Assembly (NCBI RefSeq): GCF_002105155.1
Contig: NW_019029015.1
Span: 186,001-250,000, forward strand
DNA length: 64,000 nt
Direction: 5' to 3'
Source of the DNA: Lobosporangium transversale
Lineage: Eukaryota
Shown: in pieces, positions 25,381-39,331 of the stretch
Layout of the letters: the number at the start of each line of letters is the position of its first letter
How positions within the stretch are numbered: the stretch's first letter is position 1
Notes under the pieces: generated by a model
Seen by the model: the letters and a program-made list of their open reading frames with translations, nothing else
What the model was told of the DNA's origin: nothing
Database searches by the model: none
Position numbers and translations under genes: made by a program

Positions 25381-25582
25381 CTATAAAAAGTAACAAATCA
25401 GCTGATCTCTTTGTTTTTGGGCCATTGTGCTACACCCCACACATGCAATGACGTAGATATGGCCGGTGAATTTGAGTTTGATTCCGCCCACTGATAGAAA
25501 GTTCTCTCCTCTTCTATTGTATTGCATCTTGCCTCGCCAAACAACACGCTTCAACTTTCACCTTAATCATCCTCATTTCACC

Positions 25583-27230
25583 ATGGCTACTGTTCAGGAC
25601 CTATTTGCTCAAGGCAGCCACGCCTTTGCGGACGAGGACTACGAAGAAGCCCTCAACTTTTACACAAAGGCCATTGAGATCAATGCATCTCATGTCGAGA
25701 TTTTCTTAAAAAGGTACTTATTTTTATTGTAACTTATTTCAAGGCAAAATTCATACTAAAAAACGTACCTTGAACCATTCACACGCTAACCTACATAGGT
25801 CGACTACCTATCAAAAGCTGGGTAAGGACAAAGAGGCTTACGAAGATGCACTTAAGGCATTGGAGTTAATCAAGGAAAGGCCTTCAGTCGATGTCTCTGT
25901 TGAGGCAAAAGCTCAGCTTCGAAAGGGGTAGGTGTCAACGCCAGCAATAGCCTTCAAGTAACTCTTTACGACTTTGTTGTATCTATGCAAATACGTCGGT
26001 GTTAACTTTCATGATTTCTTTTTGTTTTGCTTTGTTTTGTTTTCTTTACCACAGAGTTGCAGCTTATCATATCCAGGACTATCAAACTGCAAAGGCAGCT
26101 TTGGAAGCATGCCACGCTCTCAGCCCTGAGCAGAGAACGTTGGCAAGCTGGATGCGTAAGGTTGACCAGGAGCTTGCCAAACAGCCTAAAACTATCCCAG
26201 CCCCAACTCCTACCTCTGCGTCTGCTGCCACCTCGACTGCGGCAGCTGCCCCTGCACCTACCCCCGCTCCCGCCCCTGTTCCCGCTCCAGCAGTGACCCC
26301 CGCTGTTCACCGTGTCAGGTAAAGTTTTATAAATAAAGCTGACTTTTTTGCAGACGCGTTTTGTGTTCTGAGCATAGTGATTATTAACACCTTGCTCAAA
26401 GATAAACTGACAAGTTGAATGAAATTACCACACTTTTATTTTAATAGACATGAGTGGTACCAAAATGATACCTATGTTACTATCAGTGTTTTCATCAAGA
26501 ATGTCAAGAAAGAGTCTGTTGACATCAATATCACTGAGAATGCTGTAAGGAACTTGTTTTTTTTTTTTTTTTTTTTTTTTTTAATTCTCTCATCTTGACT
26601 CAAAACTAACCATTAGCTTTGTTTCTTATTTGATGCTAGTTGTCGGTTTCTGTCAAGATGCCTACTGGCTCGGATTATTCTCTGGAGCTTGATCCATTGA
26701 GCCACGCTATTGTGCCCTCAGAGAGTAAATATGAGGTGCTGTCGACCAAGATTGAGATCCAGCTCAAGAAGGCGAGCTTTGGTATCAAGTGGGGAGCTCT
26801 TGAGGGAGATGATGTGAATGCAGGTTCAATGGCCAGTACCACAGCATCCGCTGTGCCAGCTTATCCTTCCTCATCCAAAAAGTCAAAGAACTGGGATGCT
26901 TTGGAGAAAGAGGCTGCCAAGGAGGAGGAAAAGGCTGATGGTGATAAGGCTTTGAACCAGCTCTTTGCTCAGATTTACAAGGATGCAGATGATAACACAA
27001 AGCGCGCCATGATGAAGAGCTTCACTGAAAGTAATGGAACCTGCTTGTCAACCAACTGGGACGAGGTCAGCAAGGGAACTGTTGAGACTCGTCCCCCTGA
27101 GGGCATGATCGCCAAAAAGGTAACTTAAAAAAAAAGAAAAGGCATTTTTTTCTTCAACGTTTCTTACAGCGCAGTATCTTATTTTCGTTTTATTTTATTA
27201 TCTTTTTCGGACTCTTAGTATGCGGCGTAA
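25583..27230 (+). CDS. SGT1: SGT1 co-chaperone (TPR-CS-SGS), multi-exon
   Basis: TPR N-terminus, CS domain (RHEWYQ..V) and SGS motif YPSSS..KNWD..RAMMKSFTESNGTCLSTNW. A probable last mini-exon at 27219-27230 gives ...KKYAA*. Confidence 0.94.
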
Positions 27231-27447
27231 AGCGCTTTTCAATAGTAACAATCCGAGAGATTGCGTTTGGTTTTTTTTTACCAATTGCAAATATACAAAT
27301 ACAAATCATTTAAGCTAGGCTAGTCTGAGAGATATATTTTTCTCAGGTCAATATAATAAATTTTTTTTTCTTTTTTTTTTCTGTGAAAGGAATCCAAGTC
27401 GGTATGAATGAGAAATAGAATGCTTCTTTTTTTCCTTCTTTTATCGA

Positions 27448-28805
27448 TTAGTGGCTATCCGTAAAGGATTCGACAGCCACTGTGATGTGAGAATCCGTTG
27501 GCATGGGGATAGCGTGTTTGTCGCTGAAAGCACCATTGTGATTACTCATGTAATGACTCTGCATATGGTTGGCACCTCCATTGCCATGTGCGCCGCATGT
27601 GCCGCCACCGCCACCGCCACCAGGCTTGTCACTTCTGCTTTGGCTTTTAGCGCGAGAGGTGACCCAGTGAATGGTACAGGCATTCAAAGTGACGTCTAAA
27701 GTACAAGAAAGCAAACAGAAGACAGAGTCCTCATAGCCTTGGAAGTAGACCAATGTGAAGACATTAGCAGAGCTTAAGACCAATGCAATGACAGAGCCAA
27801 GCAAAGTACGACGAGCCACTTGACGAAGTTTGCCTTTACTGGGTCCTTGAAGGACTGAGGTAGTGCTGATCAGAGGACGAACAAAGAGCAAGGTCAACCA
27901 AGAAGAGATGAAGATATCATAAAGAATCAAGGTGATGGACGCAATGGGTTTCAGACCGATATAGCAGTATTCTTCCTCGTTCAAGACTGCTACTCGGTTG
28001 AGGATCATCAATGCCAAAATTATGGAATATGGAGTCAAAAGTAGGATGTTGACACGATAGAGCTATATTTGGGAGGTGAAGAGGAAGAGAGAGCAGCAGG
28101 AGAGTAAAAATATAATAATTAATATCAGTAACAATTTAACTACCCCTCGAGGAGGAGGAGGAGGAAACCAAAAAAAAAAAGGGAAAAGGAGAATGGGGAG
28201 AGGAAAAAGGAGTTGTTGTTACTCACCATTGTGTCTCTCCGCGTAGTTGCAACGGAACTGACGACATAGACTTTTTCAATCAAGAAAAGGTAAATAATGA
28301 TCTTGGACATGGCATATAGAGACAGACAGACAAAGATGGAGATTGTACATGAGATAATGTTGCCTCTGTTGGTAGATGTCAAGATTGCAGCAATGGTTGT
28401 GAATCCCCAAGAGACGATGTATAGGGAGATGACGAGGCCGCGTGCGTAGTTGATGTTGGCCATCGATGTACTCGAGGTCTTTCGACCGAAGAGGACAGAC
28501 ATTAGAGAAATGGATAGTAGCGACACCATCAAGGAAATGATGGCTAATAAAGTATAAAGTTTCCATTGGAGGGAAGTTGGATGATTTTTTTTAAGACGTT
28601 ACGTGTGACAGGTGGAAGTAGAAGTAAGGTTAATTGTTAACCGAAAGAGGAAAGATGTATAAAAGATAATTAGAATCGACTATGGCTCTGAAAGAATAGG
28701 ACATGTGTCGTTGATGGCGATTATATTTTTTTTTCTTTTTTTTTTTCTAAAAAAAAAAAAAAAAAAAAAAGGTGACTCACTTGGAGGATCTTGCACTTGT
28801 GGCAT
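27448..28805 (-). CDS. Seven-transmembrane (fungal GPCR-like) membrane protein, spliced
   Basis: Successive hydrophobic helices, Cys-containing loops, YLFLIEKVYVV, CYIG and DVTLNACTIHWVT. gtgagt donors at ~28780 and ~28225. Confidence 0.75.
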
Positions 28806-30782
28806 TGTGATGGATGTTTGATTAATAGCAAGGAAATTATGAAGTTGTAAGAAGCAAAAAGAAAAAAGAAAGAAAGAAAGAAAGAAGCGGCGCGACAAAA
28901 AGCAGAGGTTTGCTAGAGCGCTGAGCAACTTCTCCTTGATAGAAATGAACGAAAGAGTAGGCAATTGTGCTCGGAAGTGTTGGTCGAGATGATATTACTG
29001 TTGATTGCTTTAAAAACAAAAAATGGCGTCGATCAAATATGAAAAGAGGGAGAGAAAGAAAAGAAAAGAAAAAGAAAAGAAAAAAGAAAAAAAAGCTAGA
29101 AGCAGATGAATTGTTTATATTTCTAGGTGTGGCAATGGGCTTTGTCGCGCTCGAAATTAATGTGATGTGGCTCTGCTATATGCATAAAATGATTAGGAAG
29201 TTTCTTACGAGGAACCACCATGTGCTAATGTGTCCCTCGGGATGGATTTATGTAATGTTGTTAATGTTGGACGACAGGGAAGGTGAAAGAAAAAGCGCGC
29301 GTTAAGAGAACATCAAAGGAAAAAATACAAAGAGGCGCTTTCAAATCCACAATTTGACTGCCCTTTTATATTTATCCAGCCAAGGACCTGGGGGGGTTTT
29401 TTTTTGTCCTGGGTACGGGAGCCAACAATGCAAGGCATCTCGTGCAGTTAAGCTTCTTTTTTTCCCAAAGGCGGCATAAGCCTATTAGGGACCATGCGAA
29501 GGACAAATGATATTACAGGAAACGGTAATTGTGTGGTGGGACAGTGCGGAAAGGGGTATTGTGAATGCATGAACAGATGTGTTGACCGTGCAACGCTACT
29601 CACCCCAAAACTTCGAAGACTCTCCTGTTCTTGAGGAAAAAATAAGGAGGTCGCAAAAGCGCTCATTTCCAAAGGATTATATGATTATATGATGATGTTG
29701 CTCTTACATTATCATATTCTTTCAACCGTGCCAAGTTTACATGTGTATTTCTAACACCAACCCAATGCCGTTTATTTTTTTATTTTTTTATTTTTTTTTT
29801 TTCAGGGGAGATTAAACTTGGCATCAAAACAGGGAGATGTATATCTAGAATGGACTTCAAGGCATTACCTTTATGATGCCTATTTTTCACCGTTGGTAAG
29901 GCAGAAAAAAAAAAAAGGAGGAAGGGGGAGAGATTGAGGAGGTATTCGGCCTCCATGATCTGTGCTCATAAAAAAATGAAGCGCCAGTTCTTATTGGCCA
30001 ATTATTTATCACGGAGAACGAGACAATTGATAAGCTACATGTTGATGCAGTGGAGCCGTTTTCTAATACTCAAAGGGTGCAAAACAGGCATTGAGAATGC
30101 ATCCATCTCTAGCCGTTAGCATATTAATAATTCAAACGGACATCTCGCAATAAAGACATGCATTGATCCTTTTTTTTTCTGGCTGACAGAGCACTTCACA
30201 CACACAAGCACCTCACCCCTTGTCGTTGCCATTTGTTTTGTTTTTGACCAATCTCTCTTCTTTTGATCCCTTGCTCCCTTCGTTCAATATCGTAATATCA
30301 ACCATATACCACTATTCTCTACTTCCCTTTTTATAAATAACAACGTCCATGCACGTTTAGTGTATTACCGTTGGATTTAACGGTTTTTCCTCACTCCACT
30401 TGCCCTTTTTTTTTAAAAGCCATGAAACCACGTTATTATAGAACATGCTTTATAATATTGTCTGGCATAAAAGGAGTAAAAGACCATGAAGAGAAAGGAG
30501 GTGTTTGTGTTGTGAGCTCTTTAGCACGTTCATCGTTCACATTCCCCTTATTAGTATTTAACCCTTCTACATTGTCGCATGGCATGTAACAATTGTAAGT
30601 AGGCGTGGAAAGCGACAAAAAAAAAAAAAAAAAAAAAAAAATGCAATATTTTCGTTGAGCATTCGGCATAATAGCCGTAACTTGGTGGACCTGGTGACAC
30701 GATCTACATGTCCATTTTTCATGTCGTTATCAATCCAGACCATCCAAGGAGGACAACAATTGTAGCCCTCGTGGCTAAATTC

Positions 30783-30813
<31 letters not shown>

Positions 30814-31803
30814 TGCTCCTTCTCTTTTGCTACAATGCCCCTACTACTCCTTGTTGAACTATCTTTAGTTTCTTTGGTATCTTAGAACTGAGGTACGCAA
30901 TTGTGTGAATGGAGCTGTAATTACAAAAACTGTTTTAGTATCCTATATGAAAAAAATACTAAAGAAGAGCAGGGGAGCTGTATTGTTATTTTATTTTTTT
31001 AATAACCTATTGTGCAATTGGATTGTAGAGGGGGAAGGTAAAAAAAGGCATAAGGGGAGAGGACCTAAACTAACATCCCTATTGACGCACTTTATCCTCT
31101 GATATTAGAGGGCATTTTCACCCTTGTAGTACCACTACCTCTTCACCCACATCTGCACAATCACTACGACTATCGAGGTGGCTTCCTTTCCTGTTATAGT
31201 TGAACCGCCAGCTACACATCCTCCCCCTGCCATACCTCCATTACACGCGTCTACCAGAAGTGCGCAAGCTACTCAAAAGAAGTTCGCCGACTCGACTGCC
31301 CATCTGGATGCTACTTTTGATGAGATCGGGACTAATCATGCTTAGCGCCAACAAACCCAAAGGTATACTTCTGTCGAGCGACTTGCATACCAACAGAGGC
31401 ATCCGCAGGCTCTACAGGTGGCGCTACATATATAGACAGTCCCTCCTTCTTACACAATTCCGTTGCGCAATGAGCCTTCGGAGGAGACATGCACGACCAT
31501 TGGCCCAGTCTGCAAGGGTGACAAGGATATGCAAATCAATTTTTGACAATACCTCTTCATCGTCCTCTCTTTGGACGAGTCTATGATCAAGCTTGGCCCC
31601 ATGGCCTTCCAGTACCGTTGACATGCAGAGTCTTATATACCGATATCCATTTGGAGAGACCCATGTTCAATTACGAGTTTTTTTACCTAACAGAATATTT
31701 GTATTTGACTAAAGTCTAACCAAAAAAGGAATCGGCACAAGGCACAAGACAGATCTTAGGTGGTGGCAGCTTCTACCATATACAGTTCGGTCTCACTTTT
31801 TTG

Positions 31804-32146
31804 ACATGCATGTCAAAAAAAGTGGATTTTATATATTTTCCGTAACGCTTATTTTAAAAAATAAAATGAGTCAGAGAGGGAAGCTTGCATCTAAACGTGC
31901 AAGCCAAATTTTGTTGCAACGATATTTTGCTTCTCCTCTCAGCAAACTCGGCCTTCTACTATGCTCTGGCGATCATGTGATATTTTTACATGTAATTTCG
32001 GACGATACAAAAATATGGGCCTACCTGTGATGGGTGTTCTGTAATGCATTTTTAGAAGGAATATGATAAGCCAATAGAATCACCTCGTTTTTTTTTTTTA
32101 AAAAAAATAGGCGTTACATAAAAATCCACTTTTTTGACATGCATGT
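31804..32146. mobile_element. MITE-like foldback element, ~345 bp
   Basis: Terminal inverted repeats ACATGCATGTCAAAAAAAGTGGATTTTAT / ATAAAAATCCACTTTTTTGACATGCATGT, plus an inner pair GTAACGCTTATTTT / AAAATAGGCGTTAC. No coding capacity; TSD unclear. Confidence 0.7.
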
Positions 32147-34519
32147 ACAACAACAAGGATCTTATGCATCACTGGAGCACATAGTCAAAGATATCGATCG
32201 TGCATTTGATGCCGAATGGAGCTCCAACAGTCCTTATCCTACCAAGGCATTGCACTGTTTGATCTAATCAACAATTAGGGTTCTCTGTCCTTACAGTATG
32301 ACCGATCTCTTGCGATGTGATCCACAGGTTCGTTGGCTCCCATGAGCACTTCAAGCTAGGGAGTTGATTTGAATATCGTACCGTAAGGAAATCAGCACTT
32401 GCAAAGAGGATTGAAGCGTAAGACCGAGCCATGAACGGACACCGTACACTGAATCAAGAAGTGAATGAAGTGATGGATATGGCTCTTGTAACAGCTGAGG
32501 AATTTTTTGCTTGCAGGTCAGCAATGGATGTGCATTGCAACAGGCGCTGTTCAGGACTTTGTTCCAGACCCTGTTAGAATAGTGCCAGTTGACAATCATG
32601 GAAAGGATGAGAGTGATTCCTTTTCTGTAACAGTATGCTTTTGACGTCAAATGCAGTTACTGTACCAGTAGCCACACGTACCCGGAGGATCTACCAAGGA
32701 AAGGTAACTATAAAGCAATCCACTTGGTGGACGGAACATCAAGTACAGTACATTCTAGACTAGATCGTTTATAGGACACATTGTTTTACATCTGAAATAA
32801 CAGACATCAAAGGACATTTTATAAATACGTTCAGAACGCAGTGTTAGAGTGAAGTGCAACTGTCAGACTTGTCTGCCTATAGCCCAAAAAAAAAAAAAAA
32901 AAAAAAAAAAAACTTGATTAAGATTGAACCCAATCAGATCTGATTAATGTGATGGCTCTCAGGTTTTTTGTGCCCCAGCGGAAAAAAGAAGCTTGAGAAC
33001 ATGTTAACATTGGGATGTAGGATTAATGTTGTCACACGCCACAATACACCATTTGAAAAAATTAGAGTAAACAAAATGAATGCATGTTGCCATTGCTTTG
33101 ATATTTTGACATGACATGTATTACATGTCACAAAGTAAAACAGTAACGTGCTTCATTTATTTGTGCCATTTGCTAGGAAAGATAAAAATATCCTTTATTG
33201 TTGTAAGCATTTTTGCCTTTTAAGAAAAAGTAAAAAAAAGTGGTTTACTAAATCGCTAGGCTCGCTTGACTAAGCCAATAGGCCCTTGGTATAATATGGT
33301 TAACTAGTACAACAGTTTAGGTTCGATCATTTTATATGACTACATCAAGTCTTCCTGGATTTCAGTGCTAATGTAAAGTTTAGAAAGTAAAATGTAAAAA
33401 GAGGGGAAGACCAAGTCCGAAAATTGTGCAGTTTCTCTTTTACTCTAATTGTTGTAACCTTCTCTTAGGAAAATCAAAGAGCAAAGAAGTGAGAGCACAT
33501 GCGAACACTCTTACTCATTATATACTTTAGCCCAACGAAGGATACCCAGATTAGAGTCAAAAGCCATTATCACGTTATCTGTTTGTAAAAGGATGAAAGG
33601 ATGGAAGAACAAAAGAATAGAAGAAAGAGAGGGTCGTTGGTCTTGAACAATTGGTTTCCTGTGACTTTCTACAGATTCCGGGAGCCGACAGTGTGAGTTA
33701 TTGTATGGTTTTGAGGTCAAATAAGTTCAAAATAATAATAAAAAAAACTTGCTCTTAATAGGATTAGAGTCGGGTCCATTCATTATTACTGTAGCTGCTA
33801 CTTGTAGCTAATGCATGTTTGTGCACGAAAAAGAAATGTGTTTGCCTCAGCCATTGCTCTCATTCCCTCATGGCCTGACTCTCACGCACGAACAAATGGC
33901 GCTAAGCTTCCCAATACTCACCCACCTCTTTGCTTTCTAATCTTCTCTCTTTCTTTTCTACTTTTTCTTCTTTCTTGTTGCATTCTACACCTCCCTCCTT
34001 CCTTTCGCACATTTGTCCTTGTCTTTGACGCCCTGACTTTACTGTCGAGGGTAAAAGAAATAGACATTCCTGTCCTTGAATCTTCCCTTTTTCGCTGACA
34101 GATACTCAATCACCCCGAACCCGCCTCATCTTCTTCAGCACCCATTATTCACATATACACACTCTCTCTATTCCCTTTTCTCTTACCACTTCCGATATCT
34201 CAGCAACGATCCCAACCTTCTTTCAAGAAAAAGAAAAAAAAAAATTCTTCTCCCTCCCCTCCCCATCTCATCCTTTTTTATTTTACTTTATTTTTTTCAT
34301 TTCTTTCTATTCCAATATCTTGTATCTTTCGTCTCATAAGCGACTCCATTCAGGAACCGTTTGACGCTTTCTCTCTTGCCTCCAGACCCTATCCAATAGA
34401 ATTCCTTCGTAATCATTTTTCGTTGGATTGCAATAATAAATATTTGTGTTCGATAACAAATAGCATCAATACAATAACAACAACAATAATTTTAAAGAAA
34501 GAAATACAACCATTCCAGC

Positions 34520-35953
34520 ATGCGACTGTCAGTGAAGAAAACTACTTCCTTGTTGGTATTATGTACTGCCGTACTTCTCGCCACTTCACCCTCGGTTACG
34601 ATTGCTCAAGTCACAATCACCACCCCTGGAGGAGGAACGCAGCCAACAACGACCGATAGACCAACGCCCACTACAACAACACAACCCTCGGTGCCTTCGA
34701 GAACTTCGACTCCTGCCCAGCCTCCCCCTTCTGTACCAACCCAATCACAAGTGCCTACAACAACCAATCCTATCCGGTCGACCACACCACCAGTATCGCC
34801 ACCCTCAGCCACGACCCCGAGCACACCGCCTTCGGACCAAACATCATGTATGAGCAGCGATAGCTGTCCCGTCAACCACATTTGTGCGTTGCAGAACGCT
34901 ACATCAACCACGGGCTACTGCCAGGTGATGTCTCAAGGATTAAGTGTCTGTGTCGCCAACCCTGCAACACCATGTGAGAGCCATAAGGATTGTAACAATC
35001 CTGAATACTCGTACTGTGGGCTCGAGGAAACGACTAAAAAAAGGGTTTGTTCGGGTCTGGGTCGCCCAGGAACTGCTTCGGAATGTAAGAGATCCGCAGG
35101 AGGTGGGAACACTACGAAAGGTGACGATGGTGACAAGCTATCCAACACTCTCAAATATGCGGGTATTGGTGTTGGATCCGTGGCTCTCTTGGCCATTATG
35201 TTTGCATTGGTGAGGTGGCGTCGGAACAAGAGTCGGTCCAAGGCCCCCAACTTCAGCGAGCTGGATTATGGTATGTCACGCCGACGTTCTGAGCCAAGAT
35301 CAAGCTTGGGTGCAGCAGCAGCTGGGGCTGCTGCCAGTGGAGGGGAACAACCCTATCCATTCTCGAATAGACCGAATGCGCGTACTGCAACAGCTACGGC
35401 GGGGCAGGATGGATTTTATGATGATCAATATTACGATGACAGTTACGCAAATATGCATCCGATGGCAGGCATGGCAGGTGGTGCGGTGAAGGGCCAACAA
35501 GATCACTACTATGATCAGTCATACGATCCCAACTATGACCAAGCATATGCTCAGCATGGTGGTTACGGTCAACAGAGTTATGATCAGCAGGGTTATGATC
35601 AACAGGGTTATGGTCAACAAGGATATGACCAGCAATATGATCAACAGTATTATCAGAATGGTGGATATGACCAGCAAGGTAACTACGGAGGATATTATGA
35701 CTCGAATGGATATGATGCCTATGCCAAGGATGAAACGTATGGTAACACAGCCCCCGTAAGCAGCAATGCGGGTACCACACCTGCAGTGCCTGCCCAAGCA
35801 GTGACACGTAATGGGTCTCGTCAAGGGGCAGCAACACAGGCTACGGGTGATTATTCGGTGGATCGATATGCTGTGGAGCCTTCAGAGCTGGACTTTGGTG
35901 GCCATAATAATGGAGCAGCACAACAGCAGGGTGGATATGGTCGCAAGTACTAA
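34520..35953 (+). CDS. Type-I single-pass cell-surface protein (signal peptide, Thr/Pro mucin stalk, Cys-rich domain, TM, Tyr/Gln-repeat tail)
   Basis: 477-aa single-exon ORF. TM segment YAGIGVGSVALLAIMFALV followed by RWRRNK. YDQQG repeats in the tail. Confidence 0.88.
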   Translation: MRLSVKKTTSLLVLCTAVLLATSPSVTIAQVTITTPGGGTQPTTTDRPTPTTTTQPSVPSRTSTPAQPPPSVPTQSQVPTTTNPIRSTTPPVSPPSATTPSTPPSDQTSCMSSDSCPVNHICALQNATSTTGYCQVMSQGLSVCVANPATPCESHKDCNNPEYSYCGLEETTKKRVCSGLGRPGTASECKRSAGGGNTTKGDDGDKLSNTLKYAGIGVGSVALLAIMFALVRWRRNKSRSKAPNFSELDYGMSRRRSEPRSSLGAAAAGAAASGGEQPYPFSNRPNARTATATAGQDGFYDDQYYDDSYANMHPMAGMAGGAVKGQQDHYYDQSYDPNYDQAYAQHGGYGQQSYDQQGYDQQGYGQQGYDQQYDQQYYQNGGYDQQGNYGGYYDSNGYDAYAKDETYGNTAPVSSNAGTTPAVPAQAVTRNGSRQGAATQATGDYSVDRYAVEPSELDFGGHNNGAAQQQGGYGRKY

Positions 35954-36177
35954 GCATCATACATATAATATATAAAAAAAACCCGGCGTTTTTCCCCTCT
36001 TTCTCTCTTCTTTTTTTTCTGTTTATGAAGTATTTAATGAATTCGCATATTGTTTTTCTTTTAATAAAAAGTAAAATAAAAAAAGACATAATGAATAATA
36101 ACCGATGCAAGCAGCGTAGCAGATACAAGGTATAAAAATTGGAATAGGACCATCTTTTTATTTGTTTATTGTTGTTA

Positions 36178-36828
36178 TCATGGGGATGTAGACGTTGCTG
36201 AGAGACCAACTGTTGATGCTGCCACCGAGTTGGTTGGATGGGCTCGGATAGCAGCGCGTTGAATAGCCCAGTCAAGGATTCTGGTAGGTGCTGCCCAACC
36301 AACAAAGGAGTATGCAGAGCTACCTCGTCCAACAGCTTGAGAGACTGCAGGTCTGATTGCAACCACTGCATTGAAGACCGCTTCACATAATGCGTCAGAT
36401 GTTGAGGGCTGTTTAGTTCTGAACCATGCCTCTTTTAGTAGCTCGATAGCGAGTTTAAATGAGGATGATAAAGGTGATGATGATAATGACGAAATTCTTT
36501 TAAAATATTCTTCTTGCTGTTGTCGTGCATCGGTCTTATGGTTACTGCTGCTGCTGCTGGTATCATCCGGTACACCTGGTTTCAATGAAACGATGTTGAT
36601 CCCTTGAAAGTCCACTTCGCGCCTTAATGAGTCAACTATCGATCCGATGGCATGATGACTGGCACAAACAGCAGATTGATATGGCAATCCAAGATTTCCA
36701 GTAATTGCGGAAGTAATAAATATTAACCGAGGATTACGAAATTTGTCTGAAGAGCCAGAAAGCATTGTTGTATGCTTCAGCTGTAGCGAGTTAACACAAA
36801 GAAAATTAATAATGAAAATAATAACAAT

Positions 36829-36864
<36 letters not shown>

Positions 36865-38149
36865 ACGCCCTCAACGAAAGCGACAAAAACTCTCTCATCT
36901 TACCAAAGGTAAAAATTGTTGACTGATCAAGATAGTACCAGTGACATTGACATCTAAACAATGGCGCCACACCTTAATATCCAGGGTCTCAATAGGGCCT
37001 TGAAGGGACAGATGTGGGTAAATAATCACAGCCGATAACCGGAAAAGAGGCTCACTGTTAGTAGTGATGGATGAACTCTGTACAATTTTTTGCTGCGCAT
37101 ACTCATGGCTTTGTTCCGTATTGGTAGACATAGGAATATCGGCAATAGATGGTGGTGAGGATGTTTCATCTTCTTCAAGAAGCATGAAGGAGGATGAAGT
37201 AGAGAGCACAGGTGAAGACATCTCTGCAGCCGTCGTCAATTTGGGCGATGATCCAGGTGATGCACGTCGCCTTGTCGTTGCAGTTGTTGCAGTTGTTGCA
37301 GTCGACGCCAATTTAGGCGATGATTCGGGAGATACAGGCCCCATTCGTCTTCCAAGTAAGACTGAATTTCGGTCTTGTAAAAAGAAAGAAACACTATGCA
37401 CAAAGTTTTCGATATCAGTGACTCCATAAGGGTTCTGAACCACTATAGGATGAATGTCAGATCGATCCCAGCTAAGAACTTTATCTGCCCATGCTTGGTC
37501 AGGAACACCCACAAAGACGATGAATCCACGTGCCTCTAGCTCCAGAGCCATTTCGATACTCTCGATTGTGTCCACATTGGTCAGGACTAAACAATAATAA
37601 ATTAAAAAAGGCAATTATCAGACTGTCGAAAATAAAAACAACAACAATAGCAATAAGTGAGCAATGGAAGAGTGACTAATAAGTGATTTTTTTACCAATG
37701 ACTTCACGCTTCGATCCATCCGACCCACGTATAACTCTTGTTCTTTTTAGTTGCTGAAGATAAATCTCTCCAGCCTTATAAGCAATGGATCCGCCAACTG
37801 CGACAGCGCTAAGAAGGGTTACAGCAAGAACCGTCTTCCTTGGGTTTTTTCGACTCCAGCTCAAGAGTTGAGACAGGGTTGAAGGTGGGGGAGGCGGTGG
37901 TTGTAAAGGAAGAGGAGGAAGAGGACGAGTGGATTCTTTGAGGCCAGGTATAGAAGCGATCATGGGCTTTGAATAGGCAACAATAGTTACACCCAAGTCC
38001 CCGAGTGCTTTGCCGATGGAGGCCAAAACCCGCAGAGGGACATTACGAAGATCTTCAAGCGATGGTAATGGAGGTGCTAGCGGCGGCACTGGCGGTGAGG
38101 ACTGTTTGACAGGCTCTGGGCGGGAGAATGTCGAGTTGGATTGACCCAT
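36178..38149 (-). CDS. Short-chain dehydrogenase/reductase-like membrane-anchored protein (3 exons)
   Basis: N-terminal TM segment. SDR-like segments ALELEARGFIVFVGV, LDVNVTGTILISQQFLPL, RLIFITS and SLRREV..INIVSLKPG. The canonical YxxxK is degenerate. Confidence 0.75.
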
Positions 38150-39331
38150 GGCGTGTTATTTATAAAATAAAAGAGAAAAAAAAGAAAAAGTGAACATGAA
38201 GAATGGTGGTGTGTCAAAAAAAAAAAAAGAAAAAAGAAAACGTATTACGCAACGACACACGGGGACAACTTTAATGCACTCAAACAGTGCCACGATGTTT
38301 TACTTCAACCCTGAAGTGATTGGTTTTAAAGGATGCGTCCAATTGTCAATAGCCATGGCATTGACGGATAAAGGGCATTATAATTCGTTCGATGGATAGT
38401 TGGATGGAGAATGGAGCATCTTTAAACTCTTAAACTTCCCCTTCTTCAGAAAGTGAACCAAACATTAGCATTGAACAAAAGCCGTAATAAACTAGATATG
38501 CTCCTCTCCAACTTAAATTGCCTTTTAGATCGCCCGATATATATATAATTCTCATGCAGACACACCGACTTTTTTGAATAAAGAAATGGAGGCTGTGCTC
38601 TGCCATCGTGTGAAAAATAAATAAATAAAAAAATAATATTTTAAACACACAAAGACTTGCGACAATATGGAACAATTGTCAAGCACGGGGCAACCCAAGA
38701 GTCATCTTTACTGCGAGCTAAATAAAAAAAGAAAGTGCGGGTTAGATGTCAATGTTGAGATGATGTTGCTCTAAGTATAAAGAGTGATAGAAAGTAGACC
38801 AGGAAGGTCATCTCGAGCCGAGTCCAAATATTTTAAAAATAAAATAGCACACTAAGGGGCCTTGTATTCGGACCCACATGGTTGTTTGTGGCACTCTTTA
38901 ATGGCCGGGGGGAAGTAGAGCGCTCTCAAATGACAATGTCCCTTTTAGGGACTGTTTGGACTCGACCGGTCCAAAAGGAAAATAGTCTGCCATTTTGCAT
39001 TCAAAGAACATTCGCTACTTGCCATTTGCTCTCTGTAATAATGCATGCAACTTTATTTACCGATCAACCAACTTTTTCCTTTCTTTCTTTTCTTTCCTCC
39101 TTCCTTCTTTTTCAACATCCCTGATTCTTCCAATTCATATCCACTCCATTCCTTCAATCTATTCCCGCATTCGCCTCTTCTTGGCACTCTTGCCTTGACA
39201 TTTTCTGATTACTTACTCTTGACCTTTTTTTTTTTTTTCCTCTTCTATTTTTATTCTCGTGTATCAGCTCTATACACTCACCCCAACTTTCCAAGATTCG
39301 CGCTCAACCAATATCAAACCTCAGTCCGGCC

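Noticed and set aside
17200..25500. TIRs/TSD delimiting the MULE-Fanzor block
   Set aside because: No matching inverted termini or 9-11 bp duplication found by eye, so boundaries are left undefined.
31150..31650. GC-richer patch with short ORFs on both strands
   Set aside because: Probably a decayed gene, but no family could be recognised.
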